Of a DNA stretch of 64,000 bases, positions 1 through 10,452 are shown piece by piece. The DNA comes from an uncultured Kordiimonadaceae bacterium (GTDB taxonomy: Bacteria > Pseudomonadota > Alphaproteobacteria > Sphingomonadales > Kordiimonadaceae): NCBI GenBank assembly GCA_963976155.1, contig CAXBKT010000001.1, forward strand, positions 1,308 to 65,307, written 5' to 3'. How positions within the stretch are numbered: the stretch's first letter is position 1; the number at the start of each line of letters is the position of its first letter. A model generated the notes under the pieces. The model was not told where the DNA came from and ran no database searches. It was given only the letters and a program-made list of their open reading frames with translations. A program made the translations under genes and the position numbers.

Positions 1-1502
1 TACTTGGTGCTTAGGAATTCAACGAGTGTTTTCCCTTTGTCACCAAAGTCAGTTGCAAGAAAAACAGATGGAACACCTTGCTGCACAAACCGATAATGGT
101 CACTCCGCGTAAACAAACCCTCTTGTGGTAGTGGGTCAGGCGCCATTTTAACACCGATTTTACCAACTGCTTCCGCTGTAATCGGACCAATCGTTGAGCG
201 GTCTGCGCCAAAAGCTACCAAATGAGAAAAGTCCTTAACAAGAACCGGCATATCAAGGTTAACATTGGCAACCATTGCGCTCTTTGCAACGGTTGGATAG
301 TGCGCAAAATACTCCGCACCAAGTAAACCCCGCTCTTCGCCAGTTACAGCAGCCAGCAAAATAGAACGCCGCGGCTTAATACCATAATTCACATAAGCGC
401 GCGCCACCTCAAGCATCGTTGCAATGCCTGTTGCATTATCCATTGCACCATTATTGATTTTATCATCGCCTTTAGCATTTTCTGATACACCAATGTGGTC
501 AAGGTGTGCCGATAGAACAACATACTCATTCTTCAAAACAGGATCAGATCCCTCAAGAACAGCAATCACATTCGGCGTATCAAAAACCTCACTATGGTTA
601 CTTGCACGGTCCATATTGATTTCAGCATTTATGGCAAAACCACCTGTTTCCCCACCCTCTGTTGCTGATAGGACATCGCTCAGATTTTTATCAACCGTGT
701 TGAATAATTCTTCCGCAACATCATGGCTTAACGTCGCTGACGCTTGGAACTTCGGAGCAACAGGATCATTCTCCGGCGGCAACCAACCAAAAGATTTTCT
801 GCCGAGATAACGTTTATAGCTTTTAAATGGGCGGCGCTTTTCATCTACATTTGACAAAATCGACACATACCCTAAAGCACCGCGCTTCAGAAGCTCATGA
901 CCCTTTGTTTTTGAGGAACCATGATGCGCGCGAATTTCCGTGTGGAAGCTTTTTGGTGCACCGGACACAACAAGGACAACCTTACCCTCAATATCTAATC
1001 CCTCAAGATCATCATGGCCAAGGTTGGGCGCATGGATACCATACCCAACATAGACAACAGGGGCAGCTACACTGCCCTCAGCAGACAAAACATTGCCGTA
1101 CATCATGAAATCGTCGCCGAGCACAAGGTCCTTCGTATTGCCATCAATAGTTACACTCACTTTTGACCCTGAGCTTTTCAGTGTCGCGGTGCGCATTGGT
1201 ACTTCTTGGAAATAACCACCATTCTCACCGTAGGGCGCAAGGCCCAATTGCTTAAACTGCGCAGCAACATAATTGGCGGCAATACGGTGGCCTTCACTGC
1301 CTGTGTCACGACCACGAAGCAAATCATCCGCCAAGAAAGTCACGTCTGCCTTCATGCGTTCTGCGCTAAAACTGCCTACGTTAGGCATTGCTGGGCCAGT
1401 TTCCACGTCTGCATCATTTGTTGTTGTGCAGGCTGTTAAAAACAAAGCTGTCGCACAAATACCAACGCGTACGATGTTTCTATTCTTTTTCATTTTTTTC
1501 AT
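1..1502 (-). CDS. M28-family metallopeptidase with PA domain, probable lipoprotein (3' end runs off the window; absent from the ORF track)
   Basis: Manual translation from ATG at 1502: MKKMKKNRNIVRVGICATALFLTAC (lipobox-like), FLADDLLRGRDTGSEG, YVVLSAHLDHIG, NGAMDNATG, VTGEERGLLG, FTRSDHY; frame checked at 1139, 530 and 20. Confidence 0.9.
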   Translation of the reverse strand, partial: MKKMKKNRNIVRVGICATALFLTACTTTNDADVETGPAMPNVGSFSAERMKADVTFLADDLLRGRDTGSEGHRIAANYVAAQFKQLGLAPYGENGGYFQEVPMRTATLKSSGSKVSVTIDGNTKDLVLGDDFMMYGNVLSAEGSVAAPVVYVGYGIHAPNLGHDDLEGLDIEGKVVLVVSGAPKSFHTEIRAHHGSSKTKGHELLKRGALGYVSILSNVDEKRRPFKSYKRYLGRKSFGWLPPENDPVAPKFQASATLSHDVAEELFNTVDKNLSDVLSATEGGETGGFAINAEINMDRASNHSEVFDTPNVIAVLEGSDPVLKNEYVVLSAHLDHIGVSENAKGDDKINNGAMDNATGIATMLEVARAYVNYGIKPRRSILLAAVTGEERGLLGAEYFAHYPTVAKSAMVANVNLDMPVLVKDFSHLVAFGADRSTIGPITAEAVGKIGVKMAPDPLPQEGLFTRSDHYRFVQQGVPSVFLATDFGDKGKTLVEFLSTK

Positions 1503-1547
1503 AACTCCCCTCACCGCCTCAGAATAGGCGTTCATTCCAATCGAACA

Positions 1548-1569
1548 GTTTCATGCGCCAACATGAAAC
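1548..1569. other. Inverted repeat GTTTCATG-N6-CATGAAAC (terminator of the DsbA-like gene or an operator)
   Basis: Perfect 8-bp stem between two co-directional minus-strand genes; no clear U-tract. Confidence 0.35.
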
Positions 1570-1616
1570 CTTGAGTCCATTGGTAAATAGTTTAGCAAAA
1601 TGACACAATAGCTGAG

Positions 1617-2900
1617 CTACATATACTTGAGTGTTTCAACAATAGCCCAAAGCCTATCTTGCCCCCACAATGTTTCAGACCCAACGCGGAAAGTTGGCAC
1701 CCCCCAACTACCAGCCATCAACATCTCTTGTCGATTGCGTTCAGCCTTTTCCTGCCAAACTTCACGCGGCAGTGCAGCAGAGACCTTGGCACTTGAAAGG
1801 CCTGCCCGCTCCATAATGCGAGCAAGGCCTTTATCGCTGTTACCGTCTATACCTTCTGCCCAAACGCCTTTGGTGAATGCCTTAAAAAAGGCAAGATCAG
1901 AACCTTCTTCCTGCAACGAAACCCCAATTGCCATCGCGCGTTTTGTTGCATCACCAAGCGGGTCCACAATTCTGCCAAAAGAGATATTTTCCATACGGGC
2001 TTCACGGGCTGCATCAAACAATATGTAACGGCGTTTTCTAGCGGGCACAGGCATACCCCGCATAACCATAGGAAGGACCGGCTTTAATTTTAGGCGCAAG
2101 CCAGATTTTGCGGCAAGTTCAGACGCAAGATGTAGTGCTAAATAGCTATAAGGGCTACGTACAGAGAAGAATATTTCGATAGTTCGACCTGAAACCGATT
2201 TTTCCAACTTATCTAGTTTGTAGCGCCAAAGCCGGGTCAGTTCGAAATGTATTTCACCGTCACCAACACCAAGTCTATTTAGTCGCTTCTCAAGGTGGTC
2301 TAAACGATCCAAACCCGGATAAAACTCACCCGCATAATATACCGTTCCACTTGCGTAATGGCCAAGAGAACGCAGTAACTTCTCATTACTTTTCAACCGA
2401 TCTTCGTGTATATCAGCAATCACGCAAAGCCGTTTCACATCAGCAAGGTCTTCTCGCCAGAGCGCAGCTCCAACTTCCTCAGCAACTGTAAAAAACTTTG
2501 GGTCGTCCTGAAGACTGGCCAAATACCGGTTAGCCATACCAACACCAAGGCGGTCAGGCACAACAGCCGTTGACGGAAAGCCTAATCCATAAAGGCGTGC
2601 AAGCCGCGTCGCATCAAGAATACTATAAGCCTCAAATCGTGCTGGATCCGGGTACATATTTGCTGGCAATTGCTCAACTACCAGCGGCCTTATTTTCACA
2701 TCAAAACGAGAGGCAAAGTCCGGCAATACCTGCACCATCAACTGACAGTAAGGGTCATCAGACCTATGGAAATAAAGAAGTTCATGTTCAGTGCGTTTCA
2801 GGCGACGCACCATTTCTGCTTGAGTATGTTGCAGGCTCAACCTTGTTTCGCTTGTAAGCCAAGCGGCGATATTTGACTGCAAAAAACTATGTACGCTCAT
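1617..2900 (-). CDS. DsbA/2-hydroxychromene-2-carboxylate isomerase (GST-kappa-like) protein with two tandem thioredoxin-fold domains
   Basis: C-terminal domain has FFSVRSPYSYLA and GSWGVPTFRVGSETLWGQDRL; N-terminal domain has YFHRSDDPYC and FYPGLDRL. Confidence 0.75.
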   Translation of the reverse strand: MSVHSFLQSNIAAWLTSETRLSLQHTQAEMVRRLKRTEHELLYFHRSDDPYCQLMVQVLPDFASRFDVKIRPLVVEQLPANMYPDPARFEAYSILDATRLARLYGLGFPSTAVVPDRLGVGMANRYLASLQDDPKFFTVAEEVGAALWREDLADVKRLCVIADIHEDRLKSNEKLLRSLGHYASGTVYYAGEFYPGLDRLDHLEKRLNRLGVGDGEIHFELTRLWRYKLDKLEKSVSGRTIEIFFSVRSPYSYLALHLASELAAKSGLRLKLKPVLPMVMRGMPVPARKRRYILFDAAREARMENISFGRIVDPLGDATKRAMAIGVSLQEEGSDLAFFKAFTKGVWAEGIDGNSDKGLARIMERAGLSSAKVSAALPREVWQEKAERNRQEMLMAGSWGVPTFRVGSETLWGQDRLWAIVETLKYM

Positions 2901-2920
2901 AAAGACAGACTTCGACTATG

Positions 2921-3382
2921 TTAATCTTCTAGAGCTTCTACCATCAAAATTGTTCCTTCAACAGCAATAACACGTACCTTTTTGCCTATGACTGTATCCG
3001 GGCCTTCAGCAAGCCAGCGACTATCTCCCACTGCAACATGGCCACGACCATTTTTAATTGCCTCAACCACGACGTAAGTTTTGCCAATATGATGTTGGCC
3101 GCGTGTATTAACAACGCTTTCAGGTTCGTCAGTTCGTCTATTATAGAAATAACGGTGTCCCACAAAAACAGAAAGGGCGGCAAACACCGCAAAAATTAAG
3201 CCATGCCCCTCAAAACCAAGCCCGGGCATAAACCATGCAGCAATACCAGTAAGAGCGGATGCAAGGCCTATCCATAAAAGATAAACCCCCGGTATAATCA
3301 TTTCCCCGGCCAGCAATAACACTCCTGCCGACCACCAAATCCAGTGCGCCTCTTCAGTCAGCCAAGCTAAGACTTCAAACAT
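2921..3382 (-). CDS. NfeD-family membrane protein
   Basis: Hydrophobic N-terminus, C-terminal OB fold (GRGHVAVGDSRWLAEG), adjacent to an SPFH gene. Confidence 0.9.
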   Translation of the reverse strand: MFEVLAWLTEEAHWIWWSAGVLLLAGEMIIPGVYLLWIGLASALTGIAAWFMPGLGFEGHGLIFAVFAALSVFVGHRYFYNRRTDEPESVVNTRGQHHIGKTYVVVEAIKNGRGHVAVGDSRWLAEGPDTVIGKKVRVIAVEGTILMVEALED

Positions 3383-3387
3383 AAAGT

Positions 3388-4347
3388 TTACTCCGCATTT
3401 GGCACACTCGCAGTGTGCCCAACAGACTTACCAGTACCTTTTACATCCTTGAATAACTCAGCAATACCACCAATTGAACCAATCACGCCCGACGCCTCCA
3501 TCGGCATGAAGACAAGTTTTTCATTCGGTGAGTTAGCAAAACCATGCAGCGCCTCAACATACTTCTGCGCCACAAAATAATTAATCGCTTGTGCGTCACC
3601 TTCCGCGATAGCCTTCGATACCATTTCAGTTGCTTTTGCCTCGGCCTCCGCGGACCGTTCCCGTGCCTCCGCATCTCTAAAGGCGGCTTCTTTACGCCCT
3701 TCTGCCTCAAGCATAACGGCTTTTTTCTCGCCTTCTGCTCGGAGAATATCTGATGCGCGCCGGCCTTCAGCCTCAAGTATTGACGCACGCTTATCACGCT
3801 CTGCCTTCATCTGACGAGCCATCGCATCCACAATATCCCGTGGCGGTGCAATATCCTTAATTTCAATTCTTGTAATTTTAATACCCCATGGCTGCGTAGC
3901 TTCATCAACCACATTCATCAGACGGGCGTTAATTTCATCACGTTTGGACAAAAGCTCATCCAAATCCATTGACCCCATAACCGTCCGGAGGTTAGTCATC
4001 GTCAGGTTAAGAATAGCGTGCGTAAGGCTGTTAACCTCATAGCTAGCCTGCGAAGCATCAAGAACCTGAAAAAAAACAACGCCGTCCGCAGCAACCATTG
4101 CATTATCTTTGGTAATGACTTCTTGGGTAGGAATGTCGAGCACCTGTTCCATCATGTTCATCTTGTGCCCAATGCGTTCAATGAACGGGACAATAAGATG
4201 AAAGCCGGGCGTCAAAGTTTTTGTATAGCGCCCAAAACGCTCGACCGTATATTCGAACCCTTGGTTAACCGTAGTAACTGCTGAAAAGATAAATACAACA
4301 GCTAGAAACCCAATCAAACCAACAAGAATTGATGACATATCAACCAT
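3388..4347 (-). CDS. SPFH/band-7 (QmcA-like) protein
   Basis: VERFGRY, QEVITKDN, WGIKITRIEIKDIAPP, Ala/Glu coiled coil. Confidence 0.93.
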   Translation of the reverse strand: MVDMSSILVGLIGFLAVVFIFSAVTTVNQGFEYTVERFGRYTKTLTPGFHLIVPFIERIGHKMNMMEQVLDIPTQEVITKDNAMVAADGVVFFQVLDASQASYEVNSLTHAILNLTMTNLRTVMGSMDLDELLSKRDEINARLMNVVDEATQPWGIKITRIEIKDIAPPRDIVDAMARQMKAERDKRASILEAEGRRASDILRAEGEKKAVMLEAEGRKEAAFRDAEARERSAEAEAKATEMVSKAIAEGDAQAINYFVAQKYVEALHGFANSPNEKLVFMPMEASGVIGSIGGIAELFKDVKGTGKSVGHTASVPNAE

Positions 4348-4415
4348 CTAAACGGCACTCCCCCAAAGTAAAATTCCACGCACATGCTAAGTTTATACAT
4401 AGTAATGGCCAGTAC

Positions 4416-4446
4416 AAATAAAAAGGGGCAGCACCAGCCGCCCCTT
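4416..4446 (-). terminator. Intrinsic terminator after the peroxiredoxin gene
   Basis: Minus strand GGGGCGGC-TGGT-GCTGCCCC followed by TTTTTTATTT. Confidence 0.75.
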
Positions 4447-4471
4447 CTTTCAAATACTACAAAAAGTTCAA

Positions 4472-4954
4472 TTACAGCTGAGACAAAGCATGATCAGCGC
4501 TAGAAACCTGGAACGCCCCCGGATCTTCAACATTGAGTTCAGTCACTGTGCCGTCATCAACAATCATAGAGAAGCGCTTGGACCGCAGTCCCATTCCAAA
4601 ACCAGAGGCATCCATCTCAAGGCCTAATGCTTTTGTAAATTCAGCGTTACCATCCGCAAGCATTGTTACCTTACCTGCTGCACTAGAACCTTCGCCCCAA
4701 GCATGCATCACAAACACATCATTCACGGCAAAACATGCAATTTCATCAACGCCTTTTGCCTTTAGTGCTTCCGCTTGCTCTACAAAGCCCGGAAGATGTT
4801 TTGCAGAGCATGTCGGCGTAAAGGCACCCGGCACAGAAAAGATAACAACTTTACGGCCTGCAAAGTATTCGTCTGTACTAACAGGGCCAGGGCCATCTGC
4901 GGTCATCGTTGTCAGGCTTGCAGAGGGGAGTTTGTCGCCAACTTTAATCGTCAT
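4472..4954 (-). CDS. Peroxiredoxin, Prx5 type
   Basis: VPGAFTPTCS, NDVFVMHAW, LADGNAEF. Confidence 0.95.
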   Translation of the reverse strand: MTIKVGDKLPSASLTTMTADGPGPVSTDEYFAGRKVVIFSVPGAFTPTCSAKHLPGFVEQAEALKAKGVDEIACFAVNDVFVMHAWGEGSSAAGKVTMLADGNAEFTKALGLEMDASGFGMGLRSKRFSMIVDDGTVTELNVEDPGAFQVSSADHALSQL

Positions 4955-5034
4955 GTTTTATCTCACACATTAAATGGTTACGGGGAACTTTACCAAGAGG
5001 ATAGAGGCCCCCTAATTAGGATCAAGTATTAATA

Positions 5035-5883
5035 TTAGTTGGCATGGCCCAATGGTAAATTCAGCGTGCGCTCAATCGAAGCACCAAGCCCATCAGCAAA
5101 GGTCAATCGCACCCTTTGTCCACGCAAATCTTCTGGCATTTTCCCTGTCATCGCGGGAAGTACGAAACGTGCAGATTGCCCATTAGCAAGCAGTTTCATT
5201 TTTGGTTTACCAAAATGAAACATATCATTCACCTCCGCGAGCATATCCGCGTTAGAAAGTGAGCGACCAGCCGCCACCTCCACAATAATTTTTTGACGCC
5301 CAACAGGGCCAACGACCTTGGCCCACTTAATTTCAAGTCCAGCGTCATCCGTCCCTGTTGTAGCTGGCACCTTCTCTAACCACTTCGCGATTTTCTCATC
5401 ATGGATTGATATATCCCCAACAGACAGAATATCAACTTGGTATACGGCGCGAAATGGGACACAAATTTCTTTGCAAACCATAAAGTCTACTTCAACAGTT
5501 AAGTCTGCTCCCGCTGTAGCTGCATCCAGCTCAAACGGAAGCACAACATATTTGCTATAGCCAAAGGTTTCCAAACCAAAGAGTTCAAACCGCTCGGGGA
5601 AAGGATATTTAACTTCCTGCTCAGTTCCTGCCGTAAAAATACGAACAGGCAATCCCGCCTCGCCAGGTGAACGCCAATAGGTTTTCCAGCCAGGTTGGAG
5701 CTTAGCCTCCCATGCTAATAATAACTTGCCTGACGGAGCGAGTTCAGCAGAAGCTGCAATCAGCCGAGTTTGAAGCATGTCATGGTGCTGTTGCCACTCA
5801 CTTCCCATAGCAGAAGTAGTTTGCACAAAGCCAAAAATCATCAATAGACATACAAAAAGGTAACGCAACACACTCTCCATCAT
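5035..5883 (-). CDS. Periplasmic DsbD N-terminal-domain protein
   Basis: Signal peptide, LQPGWKTYWRSPGEAG, CKEIC. Confidence 0.85.
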   Translation of the reverse strand: MMESVLRYLFVCLLMIFGFVQTTSAMGSEWQQHHDMLQTRLIAASAELAPSGKLLLAWEAKLQPGWKTYWRSPGEAGLPVRIFTAGTEQEVKYPFPERFELFGLETFGYSKYVVLPFELDAATAGADLTVEVDFMVCKEICVPFRAVYQVDILSVGDISIHDEKIAKWLEKVPATTGTDDAGLEIKWAKVVGPVGRQKIIVEVAAGRSLSNADMLAEVNDMFHFGKPKMKLLANGQSARFVLPAMTGKMPEDLRGQRVRLTFADGLGASIERTLNLPLGHAN

Positions 5884-6037
5884 GAACGTAGCTTTGTCAT
5901 AGCAAGCTTCAAGGCTTTGTGCCAATCGACTTTCTTCACATTAGTGTCATGCAGCTAGCATGCTCAGAATTTTATTGGGAGTAGATTGCGCCCAAGCGGC
6001 AATCCCGCTAAACTTAGCTCAATCATATAAGGAACCA

Positions 6038-6607
6038 ATGTTTGTGACTTCCTCGACATTTTTAGATGGCAAACTTTTACTCGCTATGCCGAGCCTGACT
6101 GATCCAAGATTTGATCGCAGCGTTATCTATCTTTGCTCTCATGATGCCTCTGGTGCAATGGGACTCGTTATAAATCAGAGCTTTGACAACTTAGATTTCG
6201 AAGGGCTGTTGGACCAACTCGACATTGAGTGCGACGAGAGCGTGCCCGACATACCAATTCACATTGGCGGCCCCGTTGAACCTGGGCGCGGGTTCGTTTT
6301 GCATTCTGCCGATTTCGTTCAAGATTCAACAATGGTTGTGAGTGAAACCTTGGCGCTAACAGCAACTGTCGACATTTTACGAGCTATGGCACATGGCCGT
6401 GGCCCTATCCACAGCTTGTTAGCACTTGGTTATGCGGGTTGGGGGCCCGGCCAACTTGAACAGGAAATTCAATCCAACAGCTGGTTAACAGCCGATGCCG
6501 ATGATGAAATTATTTTCCATACCGAGCTTGAACAAAAGTGGCCGCGCGCAATGGCAATGCTTGGTGTTGATGTATCAATGTTATCCGCTGAAGCAGGACA
6601 TGCTTAA
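6038..6607 (+). CDS. YqgE/AlgH family protein
   Basis: LLAMP, FDRSVIYLC, GAMGLVIN, GGPVEPGRGFVLH, GYAGWGPGQLEQE. Confidence 0.93.
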   Translation: MFVTSSTFLDGKLLLAMPSLTDPRFDRSVIYLCSHDASGAMGLVINQSFDNLDFEGLLDQLDIECDESVPDIPIHIGGPVEPGRGFVLHSADFVQDSTMVVSETLALTATVDILRAMAHGRGPIHSLLALGYAGWGPGQLEQEIQSNSWLTADADDEIIFHTELEQKWPRAMAMLGVDVSMLSAEAGHA

Positions 6608-6635
6608 GTTTTCAGAGCATTCATTGGCTAGGGTT

Positions 6636-7331
6636 TTAGTTTAAAATACTAGGGTTTAATGCCCGAAACTTGTCTAGGCTAACTGACGGTACTTCAGGAA
6701 ATTTATGATGCATTCCTGAATGATCAATTTCCAAAACCTTGGGTAAGTCCATTACCCGTAAATCAATTTTCAATGCAGAGAGTGAATTCCTTACACGTTC
6801 TGACAAATGTGATGTGCCTACAACACGCGGAGATGGCACCACAAAAAGCCTTTTAAGCTGCTGATCAAACTCACCCCATTTATCAATGAAGGACTGGTTG
6901 CGGGCTTCAAACGGACGAATAACACCAACTAAGGTCACACCTCCCATCGCACGAGCGTCACTGAAAGGCAGAGATATTACTTCTAGGTCAAATTTATTGC
7001 GCGTACCAAGCTTTAGCGATCCTGTACGTAAAATACCACTACCCTGCACCAGAGCAGTTGCATATAGCTCTTCCATGATGCACGCCTGCTCGGTTTGAGC
7101 AAAAATACTATAGTATGTTTCTCCGGCCATCCCGCGCCCGATTGCTTCTTCAAGGGATGATCCTGCAAGGCGGTAAGTCAGTGCCCCATCATCTGTCATT
7201 TCTAAAATGAACATCCAAGGCATGATATGTGTGAGTTGGCGCAAATCGAGTTCTGCACGCTCTGGCAGCCTCTCTCCACCACCTAACGAGCGCCAATATC
7301 CAAGCAGTTGGCATACTTCAGGACTAAGCAT
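6636..7331 (-). CDS. Stand-alone PAS-like (DUF1457/PAS_5-type) protein
   Basis: LLGYWRSL..LP.RAELD, YRLAGS; typical of alphaproteobacterial PAS_5 proteins. Confidence 0.7.
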   Translation of the reverse strand: MLSPEVCQLLGYWRSLGGGERLPERAELDLRQLTHIMPWMFILEMTDDGALTYRLAGSSLEEAIGRGMAGETYYSIFAQTEQACIMEELYATALVQGSGILRTGSLKLGTRNKFDLEVISLPFSDARAMGGVTLVGVIRPFEARNQSFIDKWGEFDQQLKRLFVVPSPRVVGTSHLSERVRNSLSALKIDLRVMDLPKVLEIDHSGMHHKFPEVPSVSLDKFRALNPSILN

Positions 7332-7741
7332 CCTTGTCTCCCTGTTAGCACCTCACCCAGCACCTTATTCTGCCAATCTTCTACCACGAATAGGCACAGT
7401 AAAAACAGCCCCGTTACTTAAGTATTACTCTTAATCAATATAATAGTTTATTAACTTATAAATAATAATACTTCCCTATTTCCCGCTAATTTCGCCCAGA
7501 AGATAAGCCGTCACTTTAGGGTACCTACACCCACCTCCTGACAGCAGAAGACTTACTAAGCCTCAATATGGGGCATAAGTATTTGAATTAAATGAGTATT
7601 TTTTAAGGCTTTGCAAAAGCCTTGTTTTTCGAAACTATCCATAGCGCGAAGTATAGGCAATCTTCTATCGTCTAATTCGAGCCCAATCAGGCAATTTATA
7701 ACAGTCATATCAAAATGAACTCACAGAGAGTCCATTTACAT

Positions 7742-8986
7742 TTATTTATTAAAATTGACGTTCTCAAATGCCCCAGGCCCGACAATCGCAATAGATGGTG
7801 AAGTAGACTCGCAAATTTTTTGTGCAACACTGCGCACGTGATCAGGCGATACAGCATCGACATTTGCGACCATCTCTTCAACGGGGATTAGGCGGCCAAA
7901 CACGAGAAGTTGGCGCCCAAGTTGTTCCATACGTGAGGTCGTCGCCTCAAGTGCCATCAACAAACTTGCTTTCAACTGCGAAGTTGCAACTTTGTACTCA
8001 AGCTCCTCCGGCCCGTCAGCAAGTTTCTGCATCTCGCCTTTCACAACAGGAATAAGCTCATCCATCATGTCCGGGCCTGTGCCAGCATAAAGCCCAAACA
8101 ACCCCGTTTCTGCATGGCTACTCGTAAAACTATAAACTGAATAAGCCAAGCCTCTGTGCTCTCGCACTTCTTGGAATAAACGAGAAGACATGCCGCCCCC
8201 AAGAATTGTTGAGTAGACCTGCATGGCGTAATAATCATCGTCATGGAATGAGCACCCCTGCCAAGCAGCAGTTAAATGCACCTGTTCAAGTTCACGCGTT
8301 TCAATTTTACGCCCACCTACATAAGTAGACGGCGTGATAATGCTTGCTTTACCAGTTGGTAGATCACCGAGTTTATCTTCAACGAGCTTCACCAAATCAC
8401 TGTGCTTCATGTTACCAACGGCTGATATCACAATATTGGAAGCAACATAATTTTGACCAAGGTACCCAAGTAAATCTTCTTTTTTGAAGGATTTGATCAA
8501 GTCAGGCTCGCCGAGAATAGTGCGTCCAATGGCTTGATCGCCATACGCAGAGGCTTGCAAATGGTCAAAAACAATATCATCTGGTGTATCAAGAGCCTGC
8601 CCAACCTCTTGTAAAATCACCTCTTTTTCACGCTCAATTTCAACTTCAGCACACACGCTATTTTGAATAATATCGGCTAGCACATCAACAGCAAGCGGCA
8701 TATCATCCTTTAAAACCCGAGCATAATAAGTAGTATTGTCCCGGGTGGTATATGCATTCATGTGGCCGCCAACAGCCTCAATTTCAAAAACTATATCCCT
8801 TGCTGAACGTGTTTTTGTACCCTTAAAAAGCATATGCTCAAGAAAGTGAGTTACACCATTCAGTGGCTTTGGTTCATGCCTAGACCCTGCATCCACCCAA
8901 ACGCCCACGGACACTGTCTCGACACTACGTCTGCTTTCGCTGACAATACGAAGGCCACTTGCGAGGCGCGTTATTTCCACGCTCAA
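7742..8986 (-). CDS. M16B (pitrilysin/MPP-like) zinc peptidase
   Basis: HFLEH (inverted HXXEH), NAYTT, GGGMSSRLFQEVRE; GTG start overlaps the thrC stop. Confidence 0.93.
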   Translation of the reverse strand: MSVEITRLASGLRIVSESRRSVETVSVGVWVDAGSRHEPKPLNGVTHFLEHMLFKGTKTRSARDIVFEIEAVGGHMNAYTTRDNTTYYARVLKDDMPLAVDVLADIIQNSVCAEVEIEREKEVILQEVGQALDTPDDIVFDHLQASAYGDQAIGRTILGEPDLIKSFKKEDLLGYLGQNYVASNIVISAVGNMKHSDLVKLVEDKLGDLPTGKASIITPSTYVGGRKIETRELEQVHLTAAWQGCSFHDDDYYAMQVYSTILGGGMSSRLFQEVREHRGLAYSVYSFTSSHAETGLFGLYAGTGPDMMDELIPVVKGEMQKLADGPEELEYKVATSQLKASLLMALEATTSRMEQLGRQLLVFGRLIPVEEMVANVDAVSPDHVRSVAQKICESTSPSIAIVGPGAFENVNFNK

Positions 8987-10380
8987 GATACATCTCCTGC
9001 AAGCACACGAGCCTGAAGATCTGCCTTGTCATTGGGTAGCACTTCAAAGCGCTCTTCTCTCTCCATCAAATCAGCCATATGAGCTGGTAATTCAGGTATT
9101 ACACCACATGCACTTTCTACAGCTGCACCAAATTTGACTGGGTGCGCCGTTGACAGTGTTACCTTTGGCACAGCACCATTTGGTAAAAGTCTATCCGCCA
9201 CGTCAAGACCAACAGCGGTGTGCGGATCAGCAATATAGCCTGCATTCTTCTGATATGCTTTCATAACTGCCTGTGTGGTTATGTCATCGGCACGGCCTGC
9301 AATGAAGTCACGGCGCAGAATTTCCAAATGCCCAGCCTCCAAATCAAACCCATTTTCTCTAGTAAACGTGTCCATATAAGCTTTGACACGGTTACCATCG
9401 CGGCCAGCAAGGTCAAACAGTAAACGCTCAAAGTTGCTGGAAACTTGGATATCCATACTTGGAGACAAAGTCGACGATGCCTGGCCTGACGCATAGCGGC
9501 CTGTCTCAAGTGTGCGCGCTAAAATATCATTGCTGTTTGTCGCTATAGCAAGCGTCTCAATCGGCAGGCCCATTCCTTTAGCGATATAACCTGCAAAAAT
9601 ATCGCCAAAGTTACCTGTGGGTACACTGTAAGATATTTTACGATCTGGTGCGCCAAGAGCCACAGCAGATGTGAAATAATAGACAATCTGCGCCATAACC
9701 CGTGCCCAGTTGATTGAATTAACTGCCGTTAGGCCAACATTGTCGCGAAAGTCCAAATCATTGAAACATGCTTTAACAAGCGCCTGACAATCATCAAACG
9801 TACCCTCAATAGCGATATTCACCACGTTAGGTTCAATCACAGTGGTCATCTGACGGCGCTGTACATCTGACACTCTGTCTTTTGGGTGCAGCATAAAGAT
9901 AGAAACATTCTTACGTCCCCTGCACCCTTCGATCGCTGCGGAACCCGTATCCCCAGATGTCGCTCCAAGGATGGTGAGCTTTTCATCGCTTGTCGTCGTG
10001 AAATGGTCGAAAAACCGACCAAGCAGTTGCAAGGCAAAATCTTTAAACGCCAGTGTGGGTCCGTGGAATAGCTCCAAAAGCCATGCATTATTGTCAAGCT
10101 GAACTAGCGGCGCTACAGCACTGTGCCGAAACGTATCACCATACGTAGCATCAAGCATCTTCTTCAAGTCACCATCAGATACCGAGCCTGCAACAAAAGG
10201 TTGGATAACTTCAAAAGCAACTTCCGCATAGGACTTGCCGCGCATACCCCGTATTTTATCGGCACTGAAGGTTGGTATTGTTTCCGGCACATAAAGACCA
10301 CCATCTCTGGCGAGCCCGGTTAATGTAACACCTTCAAAATTCAGGCTTTCCGCCTGACCACGTGTGGAAACATACTTCAC
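8983..10380 (-). CDS. thrC: Threonine synthase
   Basis: YVSTRG, ELFHGPTLAFKD, ATSGDTG, NSINWAR, VPTGNFG. Confidence 0.97.
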   Translation of the reverse strand: MKYVSTRGQAESLNFEGVTLTGLARDGGLYVPETIPTFSADKIRGMRGKSYAEVAFEVIQPFVAGSVSDGDLKKMLDATYGDTFRHSAVAPLVQLDNNAWLLELFHGPTLAFKDFALQLLGRFFDHFTTTSDEKLTILGATSGDTGSAAIEGCRGRKNVSIFMLHPKDRVSDVQRRQMTTVIEPNVVNIAIEGTFDDCQALVKACFNDLDFRDNVGLTAVNSINWARVMAQIVYYFTSAVALGAPDRKISYSVPTGNFGDIFAGYIAKGMGLPIETLAIATNSNDILARTLETGRYASGQASSTLSPSMDIQVSSNFERLLFDLAGRDGNRVKAYMDTFTRENGFDLEAGHLEILRRDFIAGRADDITTQAVMKAYQKNAGYIADPHTAVGLDVADRLLPNGAVPKVTLSTAHPVKFGAAVESACGVIPELPAHMADLMEREERFEVLPNDKADLQARVLAGDVS

Positions 10381-10452
10381 GGCAAATCTACTCAGCTTAG
10401 GGTTAAAATTGCGGCATTACTCTTAGGTGCAGTTACGGCAAGATGCAAGGCT

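Noticed and set aside
7520-7545. CCACCTCC anti-SD-like sequence in the PAS upstream spacer
   Set aside because: Only weak 4-bp stems and no terminator; does not resemble the three-hairpin RNA.
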